In this document: positions 1 to 7,885 of the stretch, piece after piece | Layout of the letters: the number at the start of each line of letters is the position of its first letter | Position numbering within the stretch: the first letter of the stretch is position 1 | From: Erysipelotrichaceae bacterium OH741_COT-311 | GTDB taxonomy: Bacteria; Bacillota_I; Bacilli_A; Erysipelotrichales; Erysipelotrichaceae | NCBI GenBank assembly: GCA_003858585.1 | Contig: RQZE01000014.1 | Span: forward strand, 1 to 13,913 | Direction of reading: 5' to 3' | Length of the DNA stretch: 13,913 nt | The notes under the pieces: generated by a model | The model's input: the letters and a program-made list of their open reading frames with translations, nothing else | Database searches by the model: none | Told to the model about the DNA's origin: nothing | Translations under genes and position numbers: made by a program

Positions 1-40
1 TGTTTATAATATCAAAGTTTCTACTCCAAGTCAATACTAT

Positions 41-127
41 TTTTTTACTATTTTTCCTTTTTTTCTTTTTTCTTCTTCCTTTCTCCACTTCCATCCTCCC
101 ATACCCCTTATTTTCTAGCCTTTTTCT
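41..127. repeat. Low-complexity polypyrimidine (plus strand) / polypurine (minus strand) tract. Positions 51..86 are 36 consecutive pyrimidines.
   Basis: Read directly: tttttccttt ttttcttttt tcttcttcct ttctcc has no purine, and the flanks carry only scattered A/G. The tract lies in the non-coding-looking region downstream of pgcA. Confidence 0.6.
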
Positions 128-170
128 AATGTTTTATATTTGAACATTTTTATAAAATTTCTTATAAACT

Positions 171-198
171 AAAAAAACTCTGTTTTTTCAGAGTTTTT
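171..198 (-). terminator. Rho-independent terminator downstream of pgcA, symmetric and potentially bidirectional
   Basis: Plus strand reads aaaaaaa-CTCTG-tttttt-CAGAG-ttttt. On the minus strand the CTCTG/CAGAG stem, extendable by A:U pairs, is followed by a run of 7 U. It starts 7 nt after the pgcA stop (205..207). The stem is short and A:U-rich, so strength is modest. Confidence 0.6.
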
Positions 199-204
199 AA
201 TCAT

Positions 205-1890
205 TTATTTTATATATTCTTGCATTGCTTTGTGGAATGTTGCAGCTTTCTTTTTAGCATCTTCTTCACTGCTACCCACTACATCAAAATAAATCTTACA
301 TTTTGGTTCTGTTCCACTTGGTCTTACTGCAATCCAACTTCCATCTTCTAAATAGAATTTTAAAACATCACTCGGTGTAAAACCTACCAAAGCTTTTTCT
401 TGGTTATCTTTCACTTCTATTAAGCGTTGGAAGTCTTGATGCCCTATGACTTTTACGCCCGCTACTTCTTTTAACGGATGTTCTCTTAGTGTTTGCATGA
501 TAGATTGTATCTTTAAGGCACCTTCTTGTCCTTTCAACGTAATTGCAATTTGTGACTCATCATACGTGCCATGTTTGTGATATAAATCCAATAACACATC
601 ATATAATGTCTTACTTTCTAATGCATAATAGTTACATGCTTCCGCCAACATTAAACAAGCTTGTGTAGCATCTTTATCACGAACAAAGTCTTTTATTAAT
701 GAACCATAAGATTCTTCATAACCAAAGACATATGTTTTTTCATGATTAATTTCATATTTCGCAACTTTTTCACCAATGAACTTAAATCCGGTTAATGTTT
801 TTTCGGTTTCAACTCCATAACTTGATGCAATTTTTTCACCTAAATCACTTGTAACAACGGTATTGAACATAATTGCATTGTTTGGCAAACGCTGTTGTTT
901 TGTAAGTTGCGATAAGATGTATTCAATTAAAACAGCACCGGTTTGATTTCCTGTTAACACTTTATATTCTTGATCTTTTTTTACCGCAACCCCCATACGA
1001 TCTCCATCAGGGTCACAGACTAAAATAACATCTGCATCATGTTTTTTTGCATATTCAATTGCTAATTTATAAGCTTTTAAATCTTCCGGGTTTGGTGATT
1101 CGGTATTTGAAAAATCCGGATCTGCTGTGGCTTGTTCTTCCACCAAGATACAATGGTAGCCAGCTTCTTTTAATACACTTTGTACCGCTAAATTACTTGC
1201 ACCATGTTCAGGAGAGAATACAATTTTAATAGTCTTATTTAAGTTTGCATTTAATTGTATCGCCAATACTTCTTTATAATAAGCATCATCGACATCTTTA
1301 CCCACAACATGAACCAGTGCTTCTTGTTCTTTTGATAAAACCGGTACAATTGCCAGTTCGTCCTCTACCGCATTCACTAAGTCAATCACTTGACTTGCTA
1401 AATGTGGTACTAATTGACAACCTAATGCATCATATAATTTATAACCGTTGTATTCTTTTGGATTATGGCTTGCTGTAATCATAATACCGCCAAAACATTG
1501 AAAATGACGTACTGCAAACGATAGTTCCGGTGTTGGTCGTAAACGTTCAAACACATACACTTTAATATTCATACTTGCAAGTACCTTTGCACAGTCCATC
1601 GCAAATTCATACGACATGTGACGATTGTCATAGCCGATTGCTACCCCTTGCTCTTGACCGTTATGGTTTAAAATATATTGACCAAATCCTACTGTTGCTT
1701 TGCGGATTGTATGAATGTTGATACGATTGCTTCCGGCGCCTAATATTCCACGCATTCCTGCTGTACCAAATTCAATATTTTTATAGAAAGCATCGTTGAT
1801 TTCTTTTTCATTCATGCTTTTTAATTCTGTTTTTAATGTTTCATCCGTATTTGGATGATGTAGCCACTTCTGATATAATTCTTTAACCAT
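205..1890 (-). CDS. pgcA: Alpha-phosphoglucomutase (alpha-D-phosphohexomutase superfamily, PgcA-like), 561 aa
   Basis: ORF 205..1935 trimmed to the ATG at 1888..1890 (MVKELYQKWL...), which is preceded by GGAGGAATGT. All four family loops are present: TASHNPKEYNGYK (phosphoserine), DPDGDR (Mg2+), GYEESYG (sugar-binding) and RPSGTEPK (phosphate-binding). Length and N-terminal EFGTAGMRG motif match Bacillus PgcA as I recall it. Confidence 0.9.
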   Translation of the reverse strand: MVKELYQKWLHHPNTDETLKTELKSMNEKEINDAFYKNIEFGTAGMRGILGAGSNRINIHTIRKATVGFGQYILNHNGQEQGVAIGYDNRHMSYEFAMDCAKVLASMNIKVYVFERLRPTPELSFAVRHFQCFGGIMITASHNPKEYNGYKLYDALGCQLVPHLASQVIDLVNAVEDELAIVPVLSKEQEALVHVVGKDVDDAYYKEVLAIQLNANLNKTIKIVFSPEHGASNLAVQSVLKEAGYHCILVEEQATADPDFSNTESPNPEDLKAYKLAIEYAKKHDADVILVCDPDGDRMGVAVKKDQEYKVLTGNQTGAVLIEYILSQLTKQQRLPNNAIMFNTVVTSDLGEKIASSYGVETEKTLTGFKFIGEKVAKYEINHEKTYVFGYEESYGSLIKDFVRDKDATQACLMLAEACNYYALESKTLYDVLLDLYHKHGTYDESQIAITLKGQEGALKIQSIMQTLREHPLKEVAGVKVIGHQDFQRLIEVKDNQEKALVGFTPSDVLKFYLEDGSWIAVRPSGTEPKCKIYFDVVGSSEEDAKKKAATFHKAMQEYIK

Positions 1891-1900
1891 ACATTCCTCC

Positions 1901-1930
1901 AAAAAATAAAAGAAGATTGAATAACAATCC
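1901..1930 (-). terminator. Weak hairpin plus U-tract between ptsH and pgcA, a possible partial terminator
   Basis: Minus strand reads GGAUUG-uuauu-CAAUCU (6 bp including one G:U) followed by UCUUUUAUUUUUU, then the GGAGGA ribosome-binding site (RBS) of pgcA. The stem is short and weak. Confidence 0.3.
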
Positions 1931-1948
1931 CCCATTTATAATAATTGC

Positions 1949-2215
1949 TTATCCAATAACTTTTTGAGCACGAAGTACTTCTTCAATTGTTTGGATTGCA
2001 ACATCTTCATCTTCACCTTCACACGTAACTGTTACTTCAGATTGTGTAGGAATTCCTAAAGACATAACCCCCATAATTGACTTCATGTTCACAGAACGAC
2101 CTTTATACGCAATTTTCACTTCACTTTTGAACTTACTTGCTGCATTTACGGCAACTGTAGCAGGTCTAGCATGTAATCCAACCGGATCAACAACCACAAC
2201 AGAAATTTGTTTCAT
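1949..2215 (-). CDS. ptsH: Phosphocarrier protein HPr (PTS), 88 aa
   Basis: His15 sits in GLHARPA and Ser46 in NMKSIMGVMSLG (positions counted from Met1). The size is typical. RBS AGGAGGG lies 6 nt upstream of the ATG. Confidence 0.93.
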   Translation of the reverse strand: MKQISVVVVDPVGLHARPATVAVNAASKFKSEVKIAYKGRSVNMKSIMGVMSLGIPTQSEVTVTCEGEDEDVAIQTIEEVLRAQKVIG

Positions 2216-2246
2216 ATAACCCTCCTATTATTTATTAACTACTAAC

Positions 2247-2275
2247 ATTTTAACCTATTTAAAAAGATACTACAA
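2247..2275 (-). promoter_or_regulatory. Candidate sigma-A promoter for ptsH(-pgcA)
   Basis: Minus strand reads TTGTAG (2270..2275), a 17 nt spacer, then TAAAAT (2247..2252), in the 80-nt rlmH-ptsH gap. The background is AT-rich, so chance matches are common. Confidence 0.35.
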
Positions 2276-2295
2276 GGCTTTTTATAACGGTTACA

Positions 2296-2772
2296 TCATT
2301 TATGATAGGTTTCATTATGCATTATCTTAAAAGCACGATAAATTTGCTCCAAAACAAGTAAACGAACATGCTGATGTGTAAAGGTAAACGCAGACAATTT
2401 TACTCTAGCATTTGCCCTTTGTAAAATAGAATTTCCTAGTCCTAAGGAACCTCCAATAACAAAGACAATACTGCCTTGGGTATGTACCATAGCTTTTTCT
2501 AGTAATTGACTGAATGTGAAAGAATCATAAGATTGTCCATGTAAATCAAAAAGTATGACATAATCATTGTCTTTAATCTTACCGGTAAGTCGTAACGCTT
2601 CTTCCTCCTTAATCTTTTGATCAAGACTATCATTACTATTCTTACTGATGCGTTGATCTTCCACTTCAATAATTTCAATTTTATGATAGCCTTTAATACG
2701 TTTTACATATTCTACAATCAGTTTTTGTAAGCTATTTTCTTTAATTTTTCCAACCGCAATGACTTTCATCAT
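2296..2772 (-). CDS. rlmH: 23S rRNA (pseudouridine1915-N3)-methyltransferase RlmH (SPOUT family), about 158 aa
   Basis: Typical length. N-terminus MKVIAVGKIKE. C-terminal SPOUT knot region GGSLGL...LSAFTFTHQHVRLLVLEQIYRAFKI. The start ATGATGA overlaps the TGA stop of the upstream htrA-like gene. The start could be either of the two adjacent ATGs (2772 or 2769). Confidence 0.9.
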   Translation of the reverse strand: MMKVIAVGKIKENSLQKLIVEYVKRIKGYHKIEIIEVEDQRISKNSNDSLDQKIKEEEALRLTGKIKDNDYVILFDLHGQSYDSFTFSQLLEKAMVHTQGSIVFVIGGSLGLGNSILQRANARVKLSAFTFTHQHVRLLVLEQIYRAFKIMHNETYHK

Positions 2773-3836
2773 TCTAATTCAACACTAACCTTTTCAACAG
2801 TTTCATTGTGTAATACTTCCATTTCAACGACATCTCCAGTTTCATATTTATATAGTTCTACTTTTAAATCGGCAACGCTATTGACTTTCGTGTTATTGAT
2901 GGTTAAAAGAATCATACCTGATTTCAATGGTGAATTGATGTTACTTACTTTATTGATGTATAAGCCTTCAACGTTATCAAGCGATATGTTTAGGTAGCTT
3001 TTTTGATAGTTCGTCATATCTACAAGTGCTTTTGCACTTATATTTAAATTTGCACGTTTTACTTCTCCAAAACTCATAAGTTCATCTACAATGACTTTTA
3101 CTTCATTTATCGGCATAGCAAAACTTAAACCAACAACATGTTCCCCCACTAAACGAAACGAGTTAATCCCAATTAATTCTCCCGCAAGATTAATGATAGG
3201 TCCTCCACTGTCTCCTTCATTAAGCAATAAGTTTGTTTGAAGCATATGCAATTGATAATCTAATTGTCCATCTAAATCTAAATCCAAATCAAAGGTACGA
3301 TTAATCCCACTCACATTTCCTACTAACGCTGTTTGCATATATTTATTTGAAATAGGACTACCGATAGATACGATGTATTCCCCCTTTTTAATCAGTGAAG
3401 AATTTCCAATATTAAATGGAGTTACTTTAAAGGTAGTCTCTACTTGTAAAAGAGCAATATCACTATAGATATCATAACCAACTACTTCAGCCTGTAAATT
3501 TGCACCGTTATCAAAGGTTACCGTAATGCTGTTGGCATTTTCAATCACATGTTGATTGGTTAGAATATATGCCTTATCTTCTTGATAACGAATAATTGCT
3601 CCGGTAGCGTAAGTAGTTTGATTGTTGTGTTCAATTTGAATGGATACGACTTTACTACTTGCATTTTTAATAACATTTGTAATATTTGTCGTATAACTAT
3701 TTACAACATTGTTGGTAATAATGGTATCTGTTGTTGTTTCTTTATCAATCTTTTCTAACTTATTTAGCTTTACAGTTAAATATAAATTCCACACAACTAA
3801 GATACCAACCAAAGATAACGTAATCAGTTTTTTCAT
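2769..3836 (-). CDS. htrA: Membrane-anchored HtrA/DegP-family trypsin-like serine protease with C-terminal PDZ domain (YycK/HtrC-like), 355 aa
   Basis: N-terminal TM helix (LITLSLVGILVVWNLYLTV). Catalytic triad contexts TNQHV (His), SDIALLQV (Asp) and GDSGGPI (Ser). The C-terminal ~90 aa are PDZ-like (GLYINKV...GDVVEMEVL). RBS AGGAGG lies 6 nt upstream. The ATGA start overlaps the walJ stop. Confidence 0.9.
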   Translation of the reverse strand: MKKLITLSLVGILVVWNLYLTVKLNKLEKIDKETTTDTIITNNVVNSYTTNITNVIKNASSKVVSIQIEHNNQTTYATGAIIRYQEDKAYILTNQHVIENANSITVTFDNGANLQAEVVGYDIYSDIALLQVETTFKVTPFNIGNSSLIKKGEYIVSIGSPISNKYMQTALVGNVSGINRTFDLDLDLDGQLDYQLHMLQTNLLLNEGDSGGPIINLAGELIGINSFRLVGEHVVGLSFAMPINEVKVIVDELMSFGEVKRANLNISAKALVDMTNYQKSYLNISLDNVEGLYINKVSNINSPLKSGMILLTINNTKVNSVADLKVELYKYETGDVVEMEVLHNETVEKVSVELE

Positions 3837-4573
3837 TCTTGACCTCCTGATACGACTTCAAATTGTTTTAACGCTTTTATAGCGATATGAAAATTCAATC
3901 CTTGCAAACGTTTTTGACTACAAGCTAGCGCCTTATCTAGCGTATTGGTTTCTTCACTTAAATGAGCTAACCATACACTCTTTGTTTTTTCTCCAACTAC
4001 AGTATATAAAATATTGGCACAATCCTCATTGCATAAATGTCCAACATCTGAAGTAATGCGTTGTTTTAAATAAATGGGACGTTTGCTTTGCCAAAGCATT
4101 TCCGTATCATGATTACTTTCTATAATATAATAGTCTGCATTTTCAATTAAACCTAAATATTCATTACGCAAATACCCTGTATCCGTTATAAAAACAAGGG
4201 TTTCCTCTTTGCACGTAATGATAAAACCCACAGTATTAGGGCTATCATGTGATAAAGCAATGGGCATAATTTGAAAATGCCCAATGGTAAATGTTTTTAA
4301 AGGTTTAATCATAATCTGATTAAATTCTTCTTTTAAATGACAAGCACTATAAATAGGTCGATCTTTTACAAGTTTCAATTGACTGATGTGATCACTATGC
4401 CCATGGGTCACTAAGATTGCATCAATGTTGGAAATTGCTAAGCCAATCAAATCAAGTGCTTCTATTAAGTACCGTTTACTACTACTTGCACAATCGATCA
4501 TAATCCATTGATCTTGATGATTAACGATGTAACAGTTACCTTTTGACCCGGATGCCAGTGCATAAAACTTCAT
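3833..4573 (-). CDS. walJ: MBL-fold metallo-hydrolase, WalJ/YycJ-like, 246 aa
   Basis: HxHxDH motif (LVTHGHSDH). N-terminus MKFYALASGSKGNCY parallels Bacillus YycJ MSLHFSVLASGSTGN as I recall it. It sits immediately upstream of the htrA-like gene and rlmH, as in the wal locus. The ORF track begins 15 codons earlier (4618). Neither start has a good RBS. I prefer 4573, which is 1 nt after the M23 gene's TAG stop. Confidence 0.75.
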   Translation of the reverse strand: MKFYALASGSKGNCYIVNHQDQWIMIDCASSSKRYLIEALDLIGLAISNIDAILVTHGHSDHISQLKLVKDRPIYSACHLKEEFNQIMIKPLKTFTIGHFQIMPIALSHDSPNTVGFIITCKEETLVFITDTGYLRNEYLGLIENADYYIIESNHDTEMLWQSKRPIYLKQRITSDVGHLCNEDCANILYTVVGEKTKSVWLAHLSEETNTLDKALACSQKRLQGLNFHIAIKALKQFEVVSGGQE

Positions 4574-4574
4574 A

Positions 4575-6074
4575 CTAGCACCAATCAACGACACTACATG
4601 GTCGTAAGCGTTCTCCATTTAAACGTATTTCAAAGTGCACATGTGGACCTGATGCTAAACCTGTTTTCCCAATTTGTCCAATTACTTCTCCCTTATCTAC
4701 TTTTACTCCTACCGGAAAATATGGTGCTTTATTAAAGTGACCATAATAGGTTTGATATCCATTGCCGTGATCAATCACCATATAGTAACCATTTACAGAC
4801 TTATATCCAGATTGCACAACGGTGCCACGATCAGCTGCATAGACATCACCATAACGATTGTAACGATTTTGAATATCAATCGCTTGATGCCCCGGATAAC
4901 ATAAATATCCACAACTAATATACATATTATCTACCGGAATACGGAATGTACCGGAGCCAATACCTGGAATAACTTTAGATCCAACATAAACAATTTCTTG
5001 AACAGGTTGTGAAGTAATAACACTACTAATCTCTAGGGCTTCCATTAATACTCCATTGATATATGTTTCTTTATACTTAACGTTTTTGCTACCTTCTACG
5101 GCTTCTTGGTATGTCCACGAAACTCCTTCACGAACCGTTTCATCCTCTACATATAAAGTATTTTCAGGATATACAATTTCTTTTTGAATCAATTCCTGCT
5201 CAACAACCACATTAATTGGTGATGTAAAGTAGGTCACATTTAACTTGGTACCTGCTTCTAACAATTGTGTTGGAGATTTTAAAACATCACGATTAATATT
5301 TACAACTTGTTGCGCAGTCAAGTCATGGTTCTTACTTCCCACCCCTTCTATCGTATCAAATTCTATAACTTCATAGTATTCACGTTCCATATTATCGCCA
5401 TAACTTAAGTACTCTAATACTTCTTCTTCACTGCCTTTAATTTTACTTGGTGAAGCTAAGCCTTTTGAAACCGTAATATTTTCTTTAACGGCTACACTTA
5501 ATTCACGACGCCCATACGTTGTAAGTTCCTTGGTTGTCTTATTATTTTTAAAAAGATCTAGAGATTCCGGAGAAACAAAATTTAATAAGAATTTTTGTTC
5601 GGCATTATAAAAATCATCAATGTTTTTAACATAAATCGTAGCGTATACACCTTTATGATCTGAAAATTCAACAACATTGGTTAAGACTGAAAATAAATCA
5701 TTCTCCTCTAAATACTTAACAATGGCATCATCTTTATTTTCAACATGATAATAGTTTAAAGAATCTACAATATAAATATCTTCCCCTAAACCCATTTGTG
5801 TATCCGGAAACTCCGCTTTATACTTATCACGATATACACGATTTAGTAAGGCATCTATGACTTTTTCATCACTTAAAATACCAATTAGATTTCCATTGTT
5901 GTAGATTTTCTTTACAGTAATTGGTTGTTTTAAATATTCTACAATTTCTTGTTTTATGATGCTGTGTTCTATTTGATAATTCGCCTTTACACCTGTTGTT
6001 TTCCATGAACTCAACGAAAAGGTAACGATGAAGCTTAAAACAAAACAAACCAGTATCGGTACTAACTTTTTCAT
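4575..6074 (-). CDS. Membrane-anchored peptidoglycan metalloendopeptidase, M23 family, with G5 domain, 499 aa
   Basis: N-terminal TM/signal anchor (aa 5-23). M23 zinc motifs are intact: HQAID (HxxxD, aa 396-400) and HVH (HxH, aa 478-480), plus DHGNGYQTYYGH. A G5-like segment covers aa ~288-367 (...YKETYINGVLMEALEISSVITSQPVQEIVYVGSK). A short LysM- or DUF348-like segment covers aa ~232-281 (tentative, judged by eye). The aa 25-231 region has no motif I recognise. The ATG overlaps the dnaB TAA stop (TAATG). Confidence 0.85.
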   Translation of the reverse strand: MKKLVPILVCFVLSFIVTFSLSSWKTTGVKANYQIEHSIIKQEIVEYLKQPITVKKIYNNGNLIGILSDEKVIDALLNRVYRDKYKAEFPDTQMGLGEDIYIVDSLNYYHVENKDDAIVKYLEENDLFSVLTNVVEFSDHKGVYATIYVKNIDDFYNAEQKFLLNFVSPESLDLFKNNKTTKELTTYGRRELSVAVKENITVSKGLASPSKIKGSEEEVLEYLSYGDNMEREYYEVIEFDTIEGVGSKNHDLTAQQVVNINRDVLKSPTQLLEAGTKLNVTYFTSPINVVVEQELIQKEIVYPENTLYVEDETVREGVSWTYQEAVEGSKNVKYKETYINGVLMEALEISSVITSQPVQEIVYVGSKVIPGIGSGTFRIPVDNMYISCGYLCYPGHQAIDIQNRYNRYGDVYAADRGTVVQSGYKSVNGYYMVIDHGNGYQTYYGHFNKAPYFPVGVKVDKGEVIGQIGKTGLASGPHVHFEIRLNGERLRPCSVVDWC

Positions 6075-7441
6075 TATGATCCCTCTTCTATATCTTTGGC
6101 AGTTGTCGAATAGAATTTATTGTAAGCCAAGTTCATCTTAAATAAAACTTTACCTGTTGCCCCATTACGATGTTTAGCAATGAGTAATTCTACTGTTTCA
6201 CAATCATTTTCATCTTTAACTTTTTCTTCTTCTTTTTTCTGATAATTTTCACGATATAAAAACATAACAATATCCGCATCCTGCTCAATCGAACCGGATT
6301 CACGCAAATCGGATAACATTGGACGAGCATCCCCACTTTTACTACGTTGCTCTACATTACGTGATAGCTGTGATAAGGCAATAACCGGAACCTGTAAATC
6401 ACGTGCTAATGCTTTTAAGTTACGTGAGATTTCTGACACTTCATTTTGACGATTTTCATTGTTTCGTCCAGAACCTGAAATAAGCTGTAAGTAGTCAATG
6501 ACAACTAAAGATAAACCATGTTCACTTTTTAATTTACGACACTTTGAAAAAATCTGTGCCACCTTAATTGTCGGAGAATCATCCATAAAAATCTTAGCTT
6601 TACTGAGTTCATTACAGGTTTCTTGTAAACTGCCCCAATCTTTGGCATCTAAAATACCATTTTTTAAATTTGAAATTTTTATTTGACCACGAGCTGCAAT
6701 CATACGTGTGATTAATTGCTCTGCCGGCATTTCCAACGAAAAAATCGCAACTGCCCCTTCATTTTTAAGTGCCACATTAGTTGCACAATTTAATGCAAAC
6801 GCCGTTTTACCAACAGAAGGTCTAGCTGCTAAGATAATTAAATCTCCACGTTGTAAACCACTTGTAACATTATCAAAATATCCAAAGCCTGTTACAATAC
6901 CTGTTACCTTTGTTTTTTGTTGATTCATTTTACGAATATGTTCTAAAACTGAATCAATGACTTCTTTGCTACTTCTAAAATCGCTTGCTTTACGATTACG
7001 TGTAATATTTAAGACACTTTTTTCTGCATTATCTAATAACGAATCATAATCTAAAGCTCCATTTAATCCATCATTCACAATTTGATGTGCTGTTTCTATC
7101 AAACGACGAGCCGTTGATTTCTTTTGCACAATTTCAATATAACTACGCGTACTTGCACTTGTTACCGCTAAGTCTTGTAGTCGTATTAAATATTCAATTC
7201 CACCAATACTATCCAATTGATTTAAATCCTTTAAGCGATCTGTTAAGGTTGTAATATCCACTGTCTTAGACTCATCCATTAACATTAAAATACACTTAAA
7301 AATCTTACGATGATGTTCATAATAAAAATCGTCTACTTGAAGCGATTCTTCCATAACAATCGGTAAGCTATTGCGATATAACATGATTGAGCCAAGCAAC
7401 GATTGCTCTGCTTCTTGACTACTTGGCATTTTGTGATTCAT
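6074..7441 (-). CDS. dnaB: Replicative DNA helicase DnaB (DnaC in B. subtilis nomenclature), 455 aa
   Basis: N-terminal PSSQEAEQSLLGSIM. Walker A AARPSVGKTAF. Walker B LVVIDYLQL. Also LSQLSR and SGSIEQDADIVMFLYR motifs. RBS AAAGGAGAA lies inside the rplI 3' end, with a 3-nt gap to rplI. Confidence 0.95.
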   Translation of the reverse strand: MNHKMPSSQEAEQSLLGSIMLYRNSLPIVMEESLQVDDFYYEHHRKIFKCILMLMDESKTVDITTLTDRLKDLNQLDSIGGIEYLIRLQDLAVTSASTRSYIEIVQKKSTARRLIETAHQIVNDGLNGALDYDSLLDNAEKSVLNITRNRKASDFRSSKEVIDSVLEHIRKMNQQKTKVTGIVTGFGYFDNVTSGLQRGDLIILAARPSVGKTAFALNCATNVALKNEGAVAIFSLEMPAEQLITRMIAARGQIKISNLKNGILDAKDWGSLQETCNELSKAKIFMDDSPTIKVAQIFSKCRKLKSEHGLSLVVIDYLQLISGSGRNNENRQNEVSEISRNLKALARDLQVPVIALSQLSRNVEQRSKSGDARPMLSDLRESGSIEQDADIVMFLYRENYQKKEEEKVKDENDCETVELLIAKHRNGATGKVLFKMNLAYNKFYSTTAKDIEEGS

Positions 7442-7444
7442 GAA

Positions 7445-7885
7445 TTAATTCTCCTTTAAGTGTACTTTAACAGTTGCGATAATACCTTTGTATAATTCAA
7501 TACGTACATTTGTAACTCCTAGTGATTGAATAGGCACAGAATCTAAAATCTTCTTTTTATCTACTTTAATCGTTTCTTTTGCAAGTTCATCAACAATTTG
7601 CTTTGTACTTACCGCCCCAAAGACTTTTCCATTTTGAGCCTTTACGTGAAACACTAACGTTAAACTCTCCATCTTTTTAGCATCTTCCATTGCTTTTTGT
7701 TTTAACATCTCTTGTTGTGCTTTATGTTGCTCTTGCTGTTTATTTAATACATCGACACTTCCGGCAGTTGCCATAACTGCAAGTTTTTGTGCGATTAAAA
7801 AATTACGACCATAGCCATCTGCTACATCGACAATTTCACCTTTTTTCCCAACTTTTTTTACATCAGCCAATAATATTACTTTCAT
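7445..7885 (-). CDS. rplI: 50S ribosomal protein L9, 146 aa
   Basis: ORF 7445..7912 trimmed to the ATG at 7883..7885 ([30 protein letters not shown], the canonical L9 N-terminus). AAGGAGG lies 9 nt upstream. Confidence 0.93.
   Translation of the reverse strand: MKVILLADVKKVGKKGEIVDVADGYGRNFLIAQKLAVMATAGSVDVLNKQQEQHKAQQEMLKQKAMEDAKKMESLTLVFHVKAQNGKVFGAVSTKQIVDELAKETIKVDKKKILDSVPIQSLGVTNVRIELYKGIIATVKVHLKEN

Noticed and set aside
1047-1478. Plus-strand ORFs 1047..1229 and 1245..1478 inside pgcA
   Set aside because: They lie entirely antisense to a motif-rich, well-supported CDS. They have no RBS, and their Leu/Pro/His-rich composition is typical of shadow frames.
1891-1935. N-terminal extension of the pgcA ORF (MGDCYSIFFYFLEEC)
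   Set aside because: The internal ATG at 1890 has a strong GGAGGA RBS and matches the family N-terminus. The extension covers that RBS and has none of its own.
2806-2997. Plus-strand ORF antisense to the htrA-like gene
   Set aside because: It is a shadow ORF within a confident CDS, with no RBS or recognisable motif.
3262-3300. Short tandem ctaaat/ccaaat repeats in the htrA-like gene
   Set aside because: This is simply the coding sequence of an acidic FDLDLDLDGQLD loop. It is in frame, too short to be a meaningful repeat element, and not variable as far as can be judged.
4574-4618. Longer walJ start (MENAYDHVVSLIGAS...)
   Set aside because: YycJ-type proteins begin right at the ...ASGS.GN strand and the extension adds no motif. 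Neither start has a strong RBS, so this remains a possibility.
4674-4904. Plus-strand ORF antisense to the M23 domain coding region
   Set aside because: It is a shadow ORF. The opposite strand encodes the intact HxxxD/HxH catalytic motifs.
4915-4923. DnaA-box-like 9-mer ATATCCACA (one mismatch to TTATCCACA)
   Set aside because: It is a single imperfect copy inside a coding region. There is no cluster and no adjacent AT-rich unwinding element, so it is not an origin.
6498-6923. Plus-strand ORFs 6498..6686 and 6708..6923 antisense to dnaB
   Set aside because: They are shadow ORFs opposite the Walker A/B region of the helicase, with no translation signals.
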